52,679 nucleotides of DNA from Bacteroidota bacterium (GTDB lineage: Bacteria > Bacteroidota > Bacteroidia > AKYH767-A > JABDAW01). Position numbers and translations under genes: made by a program. The notes beneath the pieces were generated by a model. It was given only the letters and a program-made list of their open reading frames with translations. It did no database searches and had not been told where the DNA came from. The stretch is taken from the NCBI GenBank assembly GCA_013288905.1, contig JABDAW010000003.1, positions 1 through 52,679 on the forward strand. The letters run 5' to 3'. Positions within the stretch are counted from its first letter, which is position 1. Every line of letters begins with the position of its first letter. Below, piece by piece: positions 1-9,724 of the stretch.

Positions 1-1160
1 GGAAATTCATTGATGCGGTGTCTTCCTGGTGGGTTAATATTCATGGTCATTCAAATCCTGTCATTGCGGAGGCAATCGCACGGCAGGCAAGGGAAATGGA
101 ACATGTCATCTTCGCTGGATTTACGCATACCCCTGCCATTCTTTTAGCCGAGAAGCTGATAGAAATTCTTCCAAATGATTTTGCTAAAGTATTCTATTCC
201 GATGATGGTTCTACCGCTGTCGAAGTCGCTATTAAGACGGCGCTTCAATATTGGTTTAACAAAGGTATTCCAAAACGCAAAATCATTGCCTTCAATGATG
301 CATACCATGGCGATACATTCGGGGCGATGTCTGTGGGTTCTCGAAGTGTATTTAATGCACCTTTCCAGGAACTTTTATTTCATGTGGAACATATCCCTGT
401 GCCTATAGGAAATGATATTGAAACCTGCATAGAAAGATTTACAGATATAGCAAAGGATAATGCTGCTGCCGCCTTTATTTATGAGCCTTTGGTGCAGGGT
501 GCTGCCGGTATGGTGATGTATGAACCTGTTCATTTGGAGCGTCTTCTATCTATAGCAAAGGCTCATAATATTCTTTGCATTGCTGATGAAGTGATGACTT
601 GTTTCGGGCGAACCGGCAAGTTGTTTGCAAGTGATTATCTGATTTCAAAACCAGATATTATTTGTTTGTCTAAAGGCATTACGGGAGGCTTCCTGCCTTT
701 GGGAGTTACTGTTTGCACACAGGAAATCTTTGATGCTTTTTATGATGATAAGAAGTCAAAAGCCCTGTTTCACGGGCATTCTTATACTGCTAATCCTATT
801 GCCTGTGCTGCTGCCAATGCAAGTTTGGAGCTTCTCTTAAGTTCCCAATGCGAGGATCAAATCAAGATGATTGCAGGTCATCACAGTTCGTTTATTGATA
901 AAGTAAAATCGCATTCATTTGTTCGGAATGCCCGCCAGACGGGCACTATCATCGCTGTAGAATTAAATACTAAGGAAGACTCTTCTTATTTTAATTCGAT
1001 AACCAAGGATATTTATAAGTATGCTTTAGATCGCGGCGTGCTGCTTCGTCCTTTGGGGAATGTTATTTATTGCATGCCTCCCTATTGCATCAATCATGCC
1101 GAACTACGGGCGGTTTATGATGTGATGGAAGGAATAATTACAGATTTTAATCAAAAATAA
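1..1160 (+). CDS. bioA: adenosylmethionine-8-amino-7-oxononanoate aminotransferase (BioA), 5' end cut by window edge
   Basis: ORF 18..1160 stays open in frame back to base 3 (KFIDAVSSWWVNIHGHSNP...). Class-III PLP aminotransferase pattern typical of BioA. Confidence 0.85.
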   Translation, partial: KFIDAVSSWWVNIHGHSNPVIAEAIARQAREMEHVIFAGFTHTPAILLAEKLIEILPNDFAKVFYSDDGSTAVEVAIKTALQYWFNKGIPKRKIIAFNDAYHGDTFGAMSVGSRSVFNAPFQELLFHVEHIPVPIGNDIETCIERFTDIAKDNAAAAFIYEPLVQGAAGMVMYEPVHLERLLSIAKAHNILCIADEVMTCFGRTGKLFASDYLISKPDIICLSKGITGGFLPLGVTVCTQEIFDAFYDDKKSKALFHGHSYTANPIACAAANASLELLLSSQCEDQIKMIAGHHSSFIDKVKSHSFVRNARQTGTIIAVELNTKEDSSYFNSITKDIYKYALDRGVLLRPLGNVIYCMPPYCINHAELRAVYDVMEGIITDFNQK

Positions 1161-1196
1161 TTCCGATCCTCGATAAGTCAGAATTAAATCCTTAAA

Positions 1197-2639
1197 CTAT
1201 TCTTTCACAAACTTCCCGCGTGTTGTTTCATTCGCCCCAATAACCTCATAGAAATAAACCCCTTCGCTCCATGTGGAGATATCTATTTGGGTGTCATTGC
1301 CAGAAATTGTCTGTTGATAGATTTTATTCCCAAGAACATCTTCAATGGTTAATAGTGAATTGTTAATCGTTAATTGAGAATGAAGCGTAATGCTGGTAGT
1401 GGCGGGATTGGGGAAGAGCGTGATGGTTGGGGTATTTGTTATTGATTTAAAACCTGTAGTTATAACAGTTGCTTCAACAAAGTCACAATTGGGTTTCGCA
1501 CCAGTGGTTGAATCATTAAAATCAATTAGCTTGGTATAGGTATTTGTTACAATATCAAAACTGAAAGCGACACCTACATTATTTGCCCCACCATTTGTTG
1601 TTGTTCCATAAAGTTTTCCATTTCCACCATTAAATAAACTTCTTTGAGGACTTGATCCATTAACACTGTCAAACATGTGAACAACGGTATATGTATTCGT
1701 TAAAATATTATAATTGAAGATTACTCCAAAATCTCCTGAATCCGGATTATTTAAACAAACATGTGTTGCCATTCCATACAACAAACTATCGTTTACTTGA
1801 ATTAAACTTCCAGAAGGGAAACATCCATCATTTGACCAAAAATGATGCAAATCCGTAATCTGATTTGTTGATGTATCCAAGCTAAAGAATACACCACCAC
1901 CACTACCGGTATATTGATCATAGCCTCCATCTGATGCCATTCCATATAGCAGATTATTTGATGCCATTAATAAACTTCCATATATTGGATTAGCGCCGTT
2001 CCAATAATTAAATGATGCCAATGTATCATATTGATAACTTATAGGATCGAATTTAAAAATTACACCCCGATTATTAGTACCTCCTAAATTTGTCATTCCA
2101 TATAATTTACCGTTATTTAACTGAACTAATGTTCCATTAGGAAATGAACCTGATGCATTTTCAAAATCAAAAATATCGGTATAGATATTAGTTGTGGGAT
2201 TAAATCTATAAATTGTTCCATTTCCATTTGCTCCATAATTAGAACATAACCCGTATAAATTTCCATCCGAACCTAAAATCATTCCGCTTGTTGGATAAGC
2301 ACCTTGTAATGATTGATCCAAAAAATAATGTAATCTGTTATATGTTCCAGTTGAAGGATCAAAACTAAAAATAATACACGTATCATAACAATTAATATAA
2401 TAAGAAACTCCGTATAACAATCCATTGTTTGCTTGTACCATTCCCCCAATAGGTGAATCACCAATACCAGTCATTAAATGCACATTATGGAAATTACTTC
2501 CATTAGTATCTGCGGCAAAAATAGTTCCGCGGTTTGATATGCCACCAAATTGACAAGTTCCATATAGTTGCGTCTGTGCATTCGCCCCGAGCACCATCAG
2601 CCCCATCACCACCACGATTATCAAAGTAAAATTCTTCAT
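1197..2639 (-). CDS. secreted T9SS-sorted repeat protein (GloVer-like G-x-LYG...GG...G-x-(V/I)F repeats)
   Basis: N-terminal signal peptide. About 8 repeats such as GKLYGMTNLGGTNNRGVIFKFDP. C-terminal PNPA...GVYFYEV...GKFVKE sorting-domain pattern. Confidence 0.75.
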   Translation of the reverse strand: MKNFTLIIVVVMGLMVLGANAQTQLYGTCQFGGISNRGTIFAADTNGSNFHNVHLMTGIGDSPIGGMVQANNGLLYGVSYYINCYDTCIIFSFDPSTGTYNRLHYFLDQSLQGAYPTSGMILGSDGNLYGLCSNYGANGNGTIYRFNPTTNIYTDIFDFENASGSFPNGTLVQLNNGKLYGMTNLGGTNNRGVIFKFDPISYQYDTLASFNYWNGANPIYGSLLMASNNLLYGMASDGGYDQYTGSGGGVFFSLDTSTNQITDLHHFWSNDGCFPSGSLIQVNDSLLYGMATHVCLNNPDSGDFGVIFNYNILTNTYTVVHMFDSVNGSSPQRSLFNGGNGKLYGTTTNGGANNVGVAFSFDIVTNTYTKLIDFNDSTTGAKPNCDFVEATVITTGFKSITNTPTITLFPNPATTSITLHSQLTINNSLLTIEDVLGNKIYQQTISGNDTQIDISTWSEGVYFYEVIGANETTRGKFVKE

Positions 2640-2879
2640 AGTTATTAATTAAAATTAAGGATTCATTTTTCTTTTCAAGCCACAAAATTACGATATTGCT
2701 TTGGAATGACAAAATCTATTTGAAAGATTTCTTTTATGTGGAATAAAATTGTGCCTATATAATAAAGGAGTAAGGCAGCTATTTTTTCCACCCCTTCCAT
2801 TAATCTAATCTCTATGTTTTATAATTTTCAAAGAATATGAAAATTAATGAGGCATGAAGAAATTTTTCTTGGTATAATA

Positions 2880-3127
2880 CCAATTATGCAAGGGGGAATA
2901 CAAATTATGCAAGGTCGGAAGACAATTATGCAAGGTCGGAAGCAAATTATGCAAGGTCGGAAGGAAAATATGCAAGGTGGGATGGAAAATATGCAAGCGC
3001 GGAAGACAATTATGCAAGGTCGGAAGGACAATATGCAAGGTCGGAAGGACAATATGCAAGGTCGGAAGCAAATTATGCAAGGTCGGAAGGACAATATGCA
3101 AGGTCAGAAGGACAATATGCATCGCCA
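2880..3127. repeat. tandem array A: 12 copies of a 21-bp unit (wATGCAAGGTCGGAAG + 4-5 variable nt)
   Basis: TATGCAAGG recurs at 2885, 2906, 2927, 2948, 2969, 2990, 3011, 3032, 3053, 3074, 3095 and 3116 with no indels. Confidence 0.95.
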
Positions 3128-3302
3128 TTTTTTTGCTATTTTAGGTTTAAATGAACAAATTTAAGGCTGAATATTAGAATTGTTAATAACTTTTTTTAAA
3201 AAAATTTTCAAAAAATTTGGTCAATTCAAAAAAATATCTTTAATTTGCAGTCGCGAAAGTAGAAAAAGATTTCAAAAAAAAGAAAATAAATAAAAATAAA
3301 TC

Positions 3303-4334
3303 ATGGCTGAAATAGATGAATCAAAATATGAATGCACACAGAACCAACTCTACGTTCTGGGCGGGGTCTATGCTGCAAATCTTACAGCGAATCTTGCCGC
3401 ATTCACTGCCCATAGCCCGCGATTTATTACAGCTTTTATTACTGCCTTAACAGATGCCGTAACTTATGCCGAAGGTCTCCCAAATGATGAGCAGGTAAAG
3501 GTTCCTAAAATGGTGGATAGAGTAGGATTAATCCCTACCGGAAAATTTTCCATCAGCGATTTGAATGCCCTGAAAACTTATCTCCTCAAAGCCTTCCCGA
3601 CGACTTTCGCTATCATGTATAATTCCGCAGGAGCCAATCTGCGAAGAGATGCAGGCAATAATAATTGGGTGCAGATAAAAGCGCTCTTCAAAGCAATGGT
3701 AGATTTTATGGCTGTCCCTGCAAACCTTGCCCAATTGCTTTTGAATGATGTAATGCCCGCCGGTTTCCCCGCAGCAGTCGCCGCTCATCAACTTACATTC
3801 AATAATGATTATACCACTTTCCTTTCAGATAAATCTACCAGCGAACAAACAAGTGCCAAGATTACCGCGAATAATGTAATCAAAGCAATCCTGACCGACA
3901 TAGATGTTAATGGAGTCGTTATTTTTCCTCCCGGAAATACAAAACACGACCTCTTCGTCTTCAGCATCCAAAAAGATATTATTGCCCCAAAAGGCAGTGC
4001 CAGCCTCAAAGTTGGAGTGAAATTAGACGGTGCCTTCACCGTTTTGCCGGATATTCCGGTAAAGATTCAAGCCGCAGGTCAGCCCTCCATCACCGTAAAT
4101 ACGGATGAAGAAGGAATAGCACATTTCCCCGGAATAGACCCCACTAAATATAAGGTAACCATTATCTATCCGGAATTAGTTACTGTGGAATTCAACAAAG
4201 ATGTTGATACCGGAGTCAATGCCAGATCCGAAGTACTCATGGAAACGGCACCCCCGCCACTTGATGAGGAAGATCCCGAAGATGACGAATCTCCTATCAA
4301 AGAAGAAGAGAAAAAAGAAGAGAAAAAACCTTGA
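3303..4334 (+). CDS. hypothetical protein; C-terminal beta-sandwich (carboxypeptidase-regulatory-like) segment and acidic/lysine-rich tail
   Basis: 343-aa ORF with ATG start, followed by a hairpin terminator. No family recognised. Confidence 0.6.
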   Translation: MAEIDESKYECTQNQLYVLGGVYAANLTANLAAFTAHSPRFITAFITALTDAVTYAEGLPNDEQVKVPKMVDRVGLIPTGKFSISDLNALKTYLLKAFPTTFAIMYNSAGANLRRDAGNNNWVQIKALFKAMVDFMAVPANLAQLLLNDVMPAGFPAAVAAHQLTFNNDYTTFLSDKSTSEQTSAKITANNVIKAILTDIDVNGVVIFPPGNTKHDLFVFSIQKDIIAPKGSASLKVGVKLDGAFTVLPDIPVKIQAAGQPSITVNTDEEGIAHFPGIDPTKYKVTIIYPELVTVEFNKDVDTGVNARSEVLMETAPPPLDEEDPEDDESPIKEEEKKEEKKP

Positions 4335-4355
4335 TAAAATTCAAGAAATATAACA

Positions 4356-4390
4356 AAAGACCTTTCCAAACCGGAGAGGTCTTTTTATTT
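4356..4390 (+). terminator. rho-independent terminator
   Basis: AAAGACCTTTCC / GGAGAGGTCTTT stem with 5-nt loop, followed by a T-rich run. Confidence 0.7.
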
Positions 4391-4490
4391 TCCTTTTATT
4401 GCATTCCCCAAAAAGGGAATGTCATAAAAGGATGAAGAATAGCATACTAAAAATAGTTATAATTACCCAAATTTATACTCAATTTATTGG

Positions 4491-4498
4491 TAAGTTTG
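4491..4498 (+). promoter_or_regulatory. -7 promoter box TAAGTTTG
   Basis: Matches Bacteroidota TAnnTTTG. Lies 82 bp upstream of the mreC ATG. Confidence 0.45.
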
Positions 4499-4579
4499 CA
4501 GCCATGAAATCCCTATACCTTTATACTAACGAATTGCAATGGCAAATTGTCAATTCTCAATTGTCAATTGTCAATTAAA

Positions 4580-5413
4580 ATGCGCGCCCTTTTCCTCCTT
4601 ATATATAAATTCCATTTCTTCTTCTTCTTCCTGGTATTAGAAGTGTTTTGCATCTATCTGCTGGTGCAGAATAATAATTATCAGAGGGCGAGTTTTGTGA
4701 ATTCTTCGAATGTATTGGTGGGGAAGTTTTATGATGAAGTCGGCGTGTTTAATTCCTTTGTGAATCTGAAGACTACCAATAAGAATCTTGCAGAAGAAAA
4801 TGCCCGCCTCCGTAAGCTGATTGCCGATACTTCGATGAGCAGCAAGGCAGTGAAGGTGAGTGTGAATGACAGTCTTTACAAACAGCAATATCAATACATC
4901 ACGGCTCATGTCATAAATAATTCAATTAATAGAAGAAGCAATTATCTGACCTTGAATAAAGGCAGAGCCGACGGCGTGCGGCGCGAAGATGGCGTGATAG
5001 CCTCGAATGGCGCGGTGGGCAAGGTGAAATATGTGTCGGAACATTTTTGTGTGGTGATGTCGCTTCTGCATAAAGATACAAAGATAAGCGCAAGAATCAA
5101 GAAGAACAAATATTCCGGAGAGCTGCGCTGGGAGGGCGGTTCGGCTACACAGGCATCGCTGAATGATATTGCCGTGCATGTGCCGATTGCTATTGGCGAT
5201 ACTGTTGTTACGAGTTCTTATTCGCCGATTTATCCTGAAGGAATTACGCTTGGCACGATTGCTCATTTTGAATTGAAGCCCGGGCAGAATTTTTATAATA
5301 TCACCGTCAATCTTTCGACTACTTTCGGGAATCTGACGTATGTATATATCGTGAATAATCTCTTCAAAAACGAACAGGTAAAATTAGAGTCCGAGATACC
5401 CCAACATGATTAA
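4580..5413 (+). CDS. mreC: rod shape-determining protein MreC
   Basis: N-terminal TM helix, coiled-coil segment and MreC beta-barrel region. First ATG of ORF 4547..5413. Operon with mreD/mrdA/rodA. Confidence 0.85.
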   Translation: MRALFLLIYKFHFFFFFLVLEVFCIYLLVQNNNYQRASFVNSSNVLVGKFYDEVGVFNSFVNLKTTNKNLAEENARLRKLIADTSMSSKAVKVSVNDSLYKQQYQYITAHVINNSINRRSNYLTLNKGRADGVRREDGVIASNGAVGKVKYVSEHFCVVMSLLHKDTKISARIKKNKYSGELRWEGGSATQASLNDIAVHVPIAIGDTVVTSSYSPIYPEGITLGTIAHFELKPGQNFYNITVNLSTTFGNLTYVYIVNNLFKNEQVKLESEIPQHD

Positions 5414-5924
5414 TCAAATAGTCTCTAATTTAATCCGTTTTATCGTCCTCGTGCTGGTGCAGGTCTTGATATTAAACAATGTTCAGTTGAATGGATACAT
5501 CAATCCGTTTATGTATATTTTATTCATCATGCTCCTCCCCATCGAAACGCCAGGATGGCTGCTACTGCTGCTATCTCTCGCTATGGGCTTGACGATAGAT
5601 ATGTTTTCAAATACCTTGGGAATGCACGCGGCGGCATGTGTCTTTATCGGATACCTTCGACCAAGAATCATCAGATCAATTTCCCCGAGAGATGGTTATG
5701 AATCAGAGGCAAATCCGAACGTAACAGACATGGGTTTCAGGTGGTTTATATCTTATACCATCATCATGGTTTTGCTGCATCATTTTGTATTATTTTTTAT
5801 CGAGGCGTTTAGCTTTGTGGAATTCTTCAGTACCCTGTTCAGAGTTATCTTGAGCAGCATACTCACGATACTTCTCATCATCATCAGTCAGTATCTTTTC
5901 ACCAGTAATAAACAACAGTCATGA
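5406..5924 (+). CDS. mreD: rod shape-determining protein MreD
   Basis: 172-aa polytopic membrane protein. Overlaps the mreC stop and the mrdA start. Confidence 0.75.
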   Translation: MINQIVSNLIRFIVLVLVQVLILNNVQLNGYINPFMYILFIMLLPIETPGWLLLLLSLAMGLTIDMFSNTLGMHAAACVFIGYLRPRIIRSISPRDGYESEANPNVTDMGFRWFISYTIIMVLLHHFVLFFIEAFSFVEFFSTLFRVILSSILTILLIIISQYLFTSNKQQS

Positions 5925-7765
5925 TACAGAGCGTTTCAACAAATCGGAGATATATCATCATCGCAATCTTTCTTTCAGTAGGGATAATCTATCTTGCGAG
6001 ATTTTTTTATATTCAAGTGATTGATGATAGTTATATTAAGTCGGCACAACATAATTTCCTTCGCCCTGTAACACAGTTCCCTTCGCGTGGTTTGGTATAT
6101 GATCGTAAGGGAAAGCTCCTGGTTTATAACGAACCTGTCTATGATTTAATGGTAACGCCGAAGTTGATCAAAGGCATGGATACCGCGGAGTTCTGTGCAT
6201 TGATAGGTATTGCCAGGGAGGAATTTGATAAGAAGCTAAGGCTTGCAAAGAAATATTCCAGAGACCTTCCTTCCCCTTTTGAAAAGCAATTATCCAAGGA
6301 GACTTATGGGACTTTGATGGAGAAGCTGGATGATTTCCCCGGCTTCTTTGTTCAGCCAAGAACATTAAGAAGATATAATGATAGGACTGCTGCGCATCTT
6401 CTTGGAGACATTGGGGAAGTGGATTCTGCAACCGTGAAGGATAGTAAATATTATCGTGATGGAGATTACATTGGCAAGAGTGGAATAGAATTGACGTATG
6501 AGCCAGAGCTGCGAGGGAAGAGGGGTTCCAAGCTCATGATGGTTGATGTTCATGGCAGATTAATGGGAAGTTTTGAGAATGGAAAGTATGATACCTTAGC
6601 TGAAGGAGGTGAGAATCTGACAACTTCTATTGATGCAGGTTTGCAATCTTATGGGGAAGAATTAATGCAGAATAAAATAGGAGGTATCGTTGCCATAGAA
6701 CCTTCAACAGGAGAGATATTGGCAATGGTTTCATCACCTTCTTATGACCCAAATCTATTGGTTGGAAGGTTGCGAGCACAGAATTATGGGAAACTCCTCA
6801 CGACGGACAATAATCCTTTGTATAATCGGGCTTTACTTTCCTCATATCCTCCTGGATCGACATTCAAAATTATCATGTCCTTGGTGGCACAACAAGAGGG
6901 AGTTCTTTTTCCTGAAACCCGCTATCCATGCGCGATGGGGTATCCTCCCGGTGGTGGTAAACCTGCTTGTGAAGCGCATCCTTCCCCATGCGATCTCGCT
7001 ATGGCGATTACCTATTCCTGCAATTCTTATTTCTGTTATGTATTCAAAAGTGTTTTGGATAAGAAGGGTTTCAATTCCTTTGAAGAGAGCTTCACGAGCT
7101 GGCGAAAACATATCCTTAGTTTTGGCTTGGGAAGGAAATTAGGCGTTGATCTTCCTACTGAATTAGGGATTGGCGTTCCTACCATCGAACATTACGATAA
7201 AGTCTTTGGCGAAGGGCATTGGAAGTCTTCTACGATCCTCTCTCTTGCCATCGGTCAGGGTGAAATGGGAGTGTCTCCGCTGAAAATGGCAAACGTTATG
7301 GCTACCGTTGCAAACAGGGGATACTACTACATTCCGCATGTTGTAAAAGCTATTGGTGATAAGCAATTTCAATTTGAGAAATATACTACTAAAAACTATA
7401 CTGATGTTGAATCTAAATACTTCGATATCGTGATTGTTGGTATGGAAGATGTTGTACAAAGCGGTACTGCGGCAGCATCTAAAGTTAGTGGTATTGATAT
7501 TTGTGGAAAGACAGGTACTGCACAGAATCCGTCTGGAAAATCACACTCGGTATTCGTAGGTTTTGCTCCAAAGGATAATCCTAAAATAGCTATAGCAGTT
7601 GTTGTTGAACATGCGGGCTGGGGTGCTGAATGGGCTGCCCCTATTGCCTCCCTGATGATTGAAAAATATTTGACAGGAACTATCACTCGCCCTGAAATTG
7701 AGAAGAGAATAAAGAATGGAGTCATACTTCCAGTTCCCAAAGTAGCCGTTAATAATGAGAGATAA
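5921..7765 (+). CDS. mrdA: penicillin-binding protein 2 (transpeptidase)
   Basis: PBP dimerisation and transpeptidase domains (STFK, KTGTA motifs). Operon context. Confidence 0.9.
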   Translation: MIQSVSTNRRYIIIAIFLSVGIIYLARFFYIQVIDDSYIKSAQHNFLRPVTQFPSRGLVYDRKGKLLVYNEPVYDLMVTPKLIKGMDTAEFCALIGIAREEFDKKLRLAKKYSRDLPSPFEKQLSKETYGTLMEKLDDFPGFFVQPRTLRRYNDRTAAHLLGDIGEVDSATVKDSKYYRDGDYIGKSGIELTYEPELRGKRGSKLMMVDVHGRLMGSFENGKYDTLAEGGENLTTSIDAGLQSYGEELMQNKIGGIVAIEPSTGEILAMVSSPSYDPNLLVGRLRAQNYGKLLTTDNNPLYNRALLSSYPPGSTFKIIMSLVAQQEGVLFPETRYPCAMGYPPGGGKPACEAHPSPCDLAMAITYSCNSYFCYVFKSVLDKKGFNSFEESFTSWRKHILSFGLGRKLGVDLPTELGIGVPTIEHYDKVFGEGHWKSSTILSLAIGQGEMGVSPLKMANVMATVANRGYYYIPHVVKAIGDKQFQFEKYTTKNYTDVESKYFDIVIVGMEDVVQSGTAAASKVSGIDICGKTGTAQNPSGKSHSVFVGFAPKDNPKIAIAVVVEHAGWGAEWAAPIASLMIEKYLTGTITRPEIEKRIKNGVILPVPKVAVNNER

Positions 7766-9017
7766 TAAAGGCATTCTCCAAAACATAGATTGGATAACCA
7801 CATCGCTTTATTTCCTCCTCATTACCATGGGTTGGATTTGTATTTATGCCGCCGATTATAACGAAGAGCACAGTAAAGTTTTTGACTTCACACAGAATCA
7901 TGGGAAGCAGCTTATGTGGATTGGTGGCTCATTAATTATAGCATTAATCTTTCTTATATTAGATGGGAAATTTTATTCCGCCTTCGCATATATTGTTTAT
8001 GGAATTACGATTGTTCTTCTCATTGCTGTTCTCTTGGTTGGAAGAAAAGTAAAGGGTTCTGTGTCATGGTTTGAAATCGGAAGTTTTAAGCTGCAGCCCG
8101 CAGAGTTCGCGAAGTTTGCCACTACATTGGTACTTGCAAAGTACTTGAGTAATATGAACATTAAATTGAATGATACCAAAACAAAACTGGTAGTCTTTAC
8201 AATTCTTTTCGTTCCTATTATTCTTATCATTTTGCAGAATGCAACGGGGTCCGCATTGGTCTATCTTTCTTTTGTATTTGTGCTTTATCGTGAAGGTTTA
8301 TCAGGCAATTATTTATTGTTAGGATTCATTGCCATCGTCATATTTATCTTAGCACTGCTGGTAGATAAATTGACGCTGATAATCATCTTTGCTTCCATAA
8401 TCTTTATTGTTTTTTTATTAGCCAGAAAGAATAAACGAAACATCCTATCATTGCTTGGAATATTCGCTATTTGTTCGGGGATGGTATTGAGTGTGGATTA
8501 TGTCTTTAATCATGTCCTTCATGAATATCAAAGAGGAAGAATAAATGTCCTTCTCGGCAAGGAACAAAACATTAAAGGTTCAGGTTGGAATGTGCATCAA
8601 AGTATGATTGCTATTGGTGACGGCGGATTTTTTGGTAAAGGATTTCTTAAAGGAAGCCAGACCACATTTGATTTTGTTCCTAAACAAAGTACGGACTTTA
8701 TATTCTGCACAGTAGGTGAGGAATTTGGGTTTGTGGGAGTGTTTGTTGTTATCAGTTTATTCTTGTTTTTATTAGTCCGAATCATACAACTTGCCGAACG
8801 ACAGCGAAGTTCTTTCTCAAGAATCTATGGATATGGCGTTGCTTCTATTCTCTTCTTCCATGTTATGATTAATATCGGCATGACCATCGGATTAGCACCG
8901 GTGATAGGCATTCCACTACCATTCTTCACTTATGGAGGCTCTTCTTTATTGGCATTCACGATGATGCTTTTTGTGTTTATTAGATTGGATGCACATCGGT
9001 TGCAGATATTAGGTTAG
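7755..9017 (+). CDS. rodA: rod shape-determining protein RodA (SEDS family)
   Basis: FtsW/RodA/SpoVE-type polytopic membrane protein. Overlaps the mrdA stop. Confidence 0.9.
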   Translation: MRDNKGILQNIDWITTSLYFLLITMGWICIYAADYNEEHSKVFDFTQNHGKQLMWIGGSLIIALIFLILDGKFYSAFAYIVYGITIVLLIAVLLVGRKVKGSVSWFEIGSFKLQPAEFAKFATTLVLAKYLSNMNIKLNDTKTKLVVFTILFVPIILIILQNATGSALVYLSFVFVLYREGLSGNYLLLGFIAIVIFILALLVDKLTLIIIFASIIFIVFLLARKNKRNILSLLGIFAICSGMVLSVDYVFNHVLHEYQRGRINVLLGKEQNIKGSGWNVHQSMIAIGDGGFFGKGFLKGSQTTFDFVPKQSTDFIFCTVGEEFGFVGVFVVISLFLFLLVRIIQLAERQRSSFSRIYGYGVASILFFHVMINIGMTIGLAPVIGIPLPFFTYGGSSLLAFTMMLFVFIRLDAHRLQILG

Positions 9018-9048
9018 ATCGAAATGTTTTTATTGTTTAAAAATTCTC

Positions 9049-9056
9049 TACTTTTG
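9049..9056 (+). promoter_or_regulatory. -7 promoter box TACTTTTG
   Basis: TAnnTTTG match 42 bp upstream of the ATG at 9098. Confidence 0.45.
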
Positions 9057-9097
9057 CAATTCATAAAAAAGAAATCTTATTATCTAATATCAAAAAT

Positions 9098-9655
9098 ATG
9101 AGGCGAACAAATCTATACATCATCGGGCTGTTGGTTGTTATCAGCAGTTGTACTTCTGTGAGGTATGATACCGAAAGATACATCAAAAATAATATCGAAA
9201 TTCATAAGACTGGTGAATATAGCAGCATCAAAATTATCTCTCTGTATAATCAAACTTCCATGAAGGACGGGTCGCGGCTGGAGATGACCGGATATAAATA
9301 TAATAACCAAAAAGGTTTGGTGGTTTCTGCATATCAATATTATAAGGACAGGAAGAAATTCAAAGATGATAACACCGTGCTTTCTAATACTGCATTTATT
9401 CTTTTGGATACGGTGCAATGTCGCACGATACTTACTAATTACAATCAATTGGAAGCAAAATTAAAGACCGAAACTCCCGGCAGTGAAGAAGAGATATTCA
9501 TGGATTTTACTGTATCTGAAGATTTATTCTTCAGTATGCAAAAAGCCAAGGGTGGTGGGGTTTCTAATGATGTTTATTTATGGATTAAAGGAGAAAAATA
9601 TACCATTGCTTCGGATGCTTTGTTGAATAATATGGAGGATTTTTTGAAGTGGTAA
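9098..9655 (+). CDS. hypothetical lipoprotein
   Basis: Signal peptide with lipobox VISSC. 185 aa. Confidence 0.6.
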   Translation: MRRTNLYIIGLLVVISSCTSVRYDTERYIKNNIEIHKTGEYSSIKIISLYNQTSMKDGSRLEMTGYKYNNQKGLVVSAYQYYKDRKKFKDDNTVLSNTAFILLDTVQCRTILTNYNQLEAKLKTETPGSEEEIFMDFTVSEDLFFSMQKAKGGGVSNDVYLWIKGEKYTIASDALLNNMEDFLKW

Positions 9656-9664
9656 AGTGGTGTA

Positions 9665-9722
9665 AAGGTATAGGGTATAAGGGTATAAGGGTATAAGGGT
9701 ATAAGGGTATAAAGGGTATAAA
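9665..9722. repeat. octamer tandem repeat (GGGTATAA)x6-7
   Basis: GGGTATAA at 9673, 9681, 9689, 9697, 9705 and 9714. Fills the 69-bp gap up to the gldA ATG. Confidence 0.9.
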
Positions 9723-9724
9723 TT

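Noticed and set aside
2828-3164. ORFs 2828..3094(-), 2844..3128(-) and 2847..3164(+), which read as heptapeptide-repeat proteins. The same applies at 14454-14796, 28816-29124, 44526-44865 and 52070-52471.
   Set aside because: Several frames on both strands are open at once. That is expected for any stop-free 21-bp unit repeated in tandem. There are no signal peptides, and the flanks have no plausible starts or context. I treated them as non-coding arrays. Translation cannot be excluded from sequence alone.
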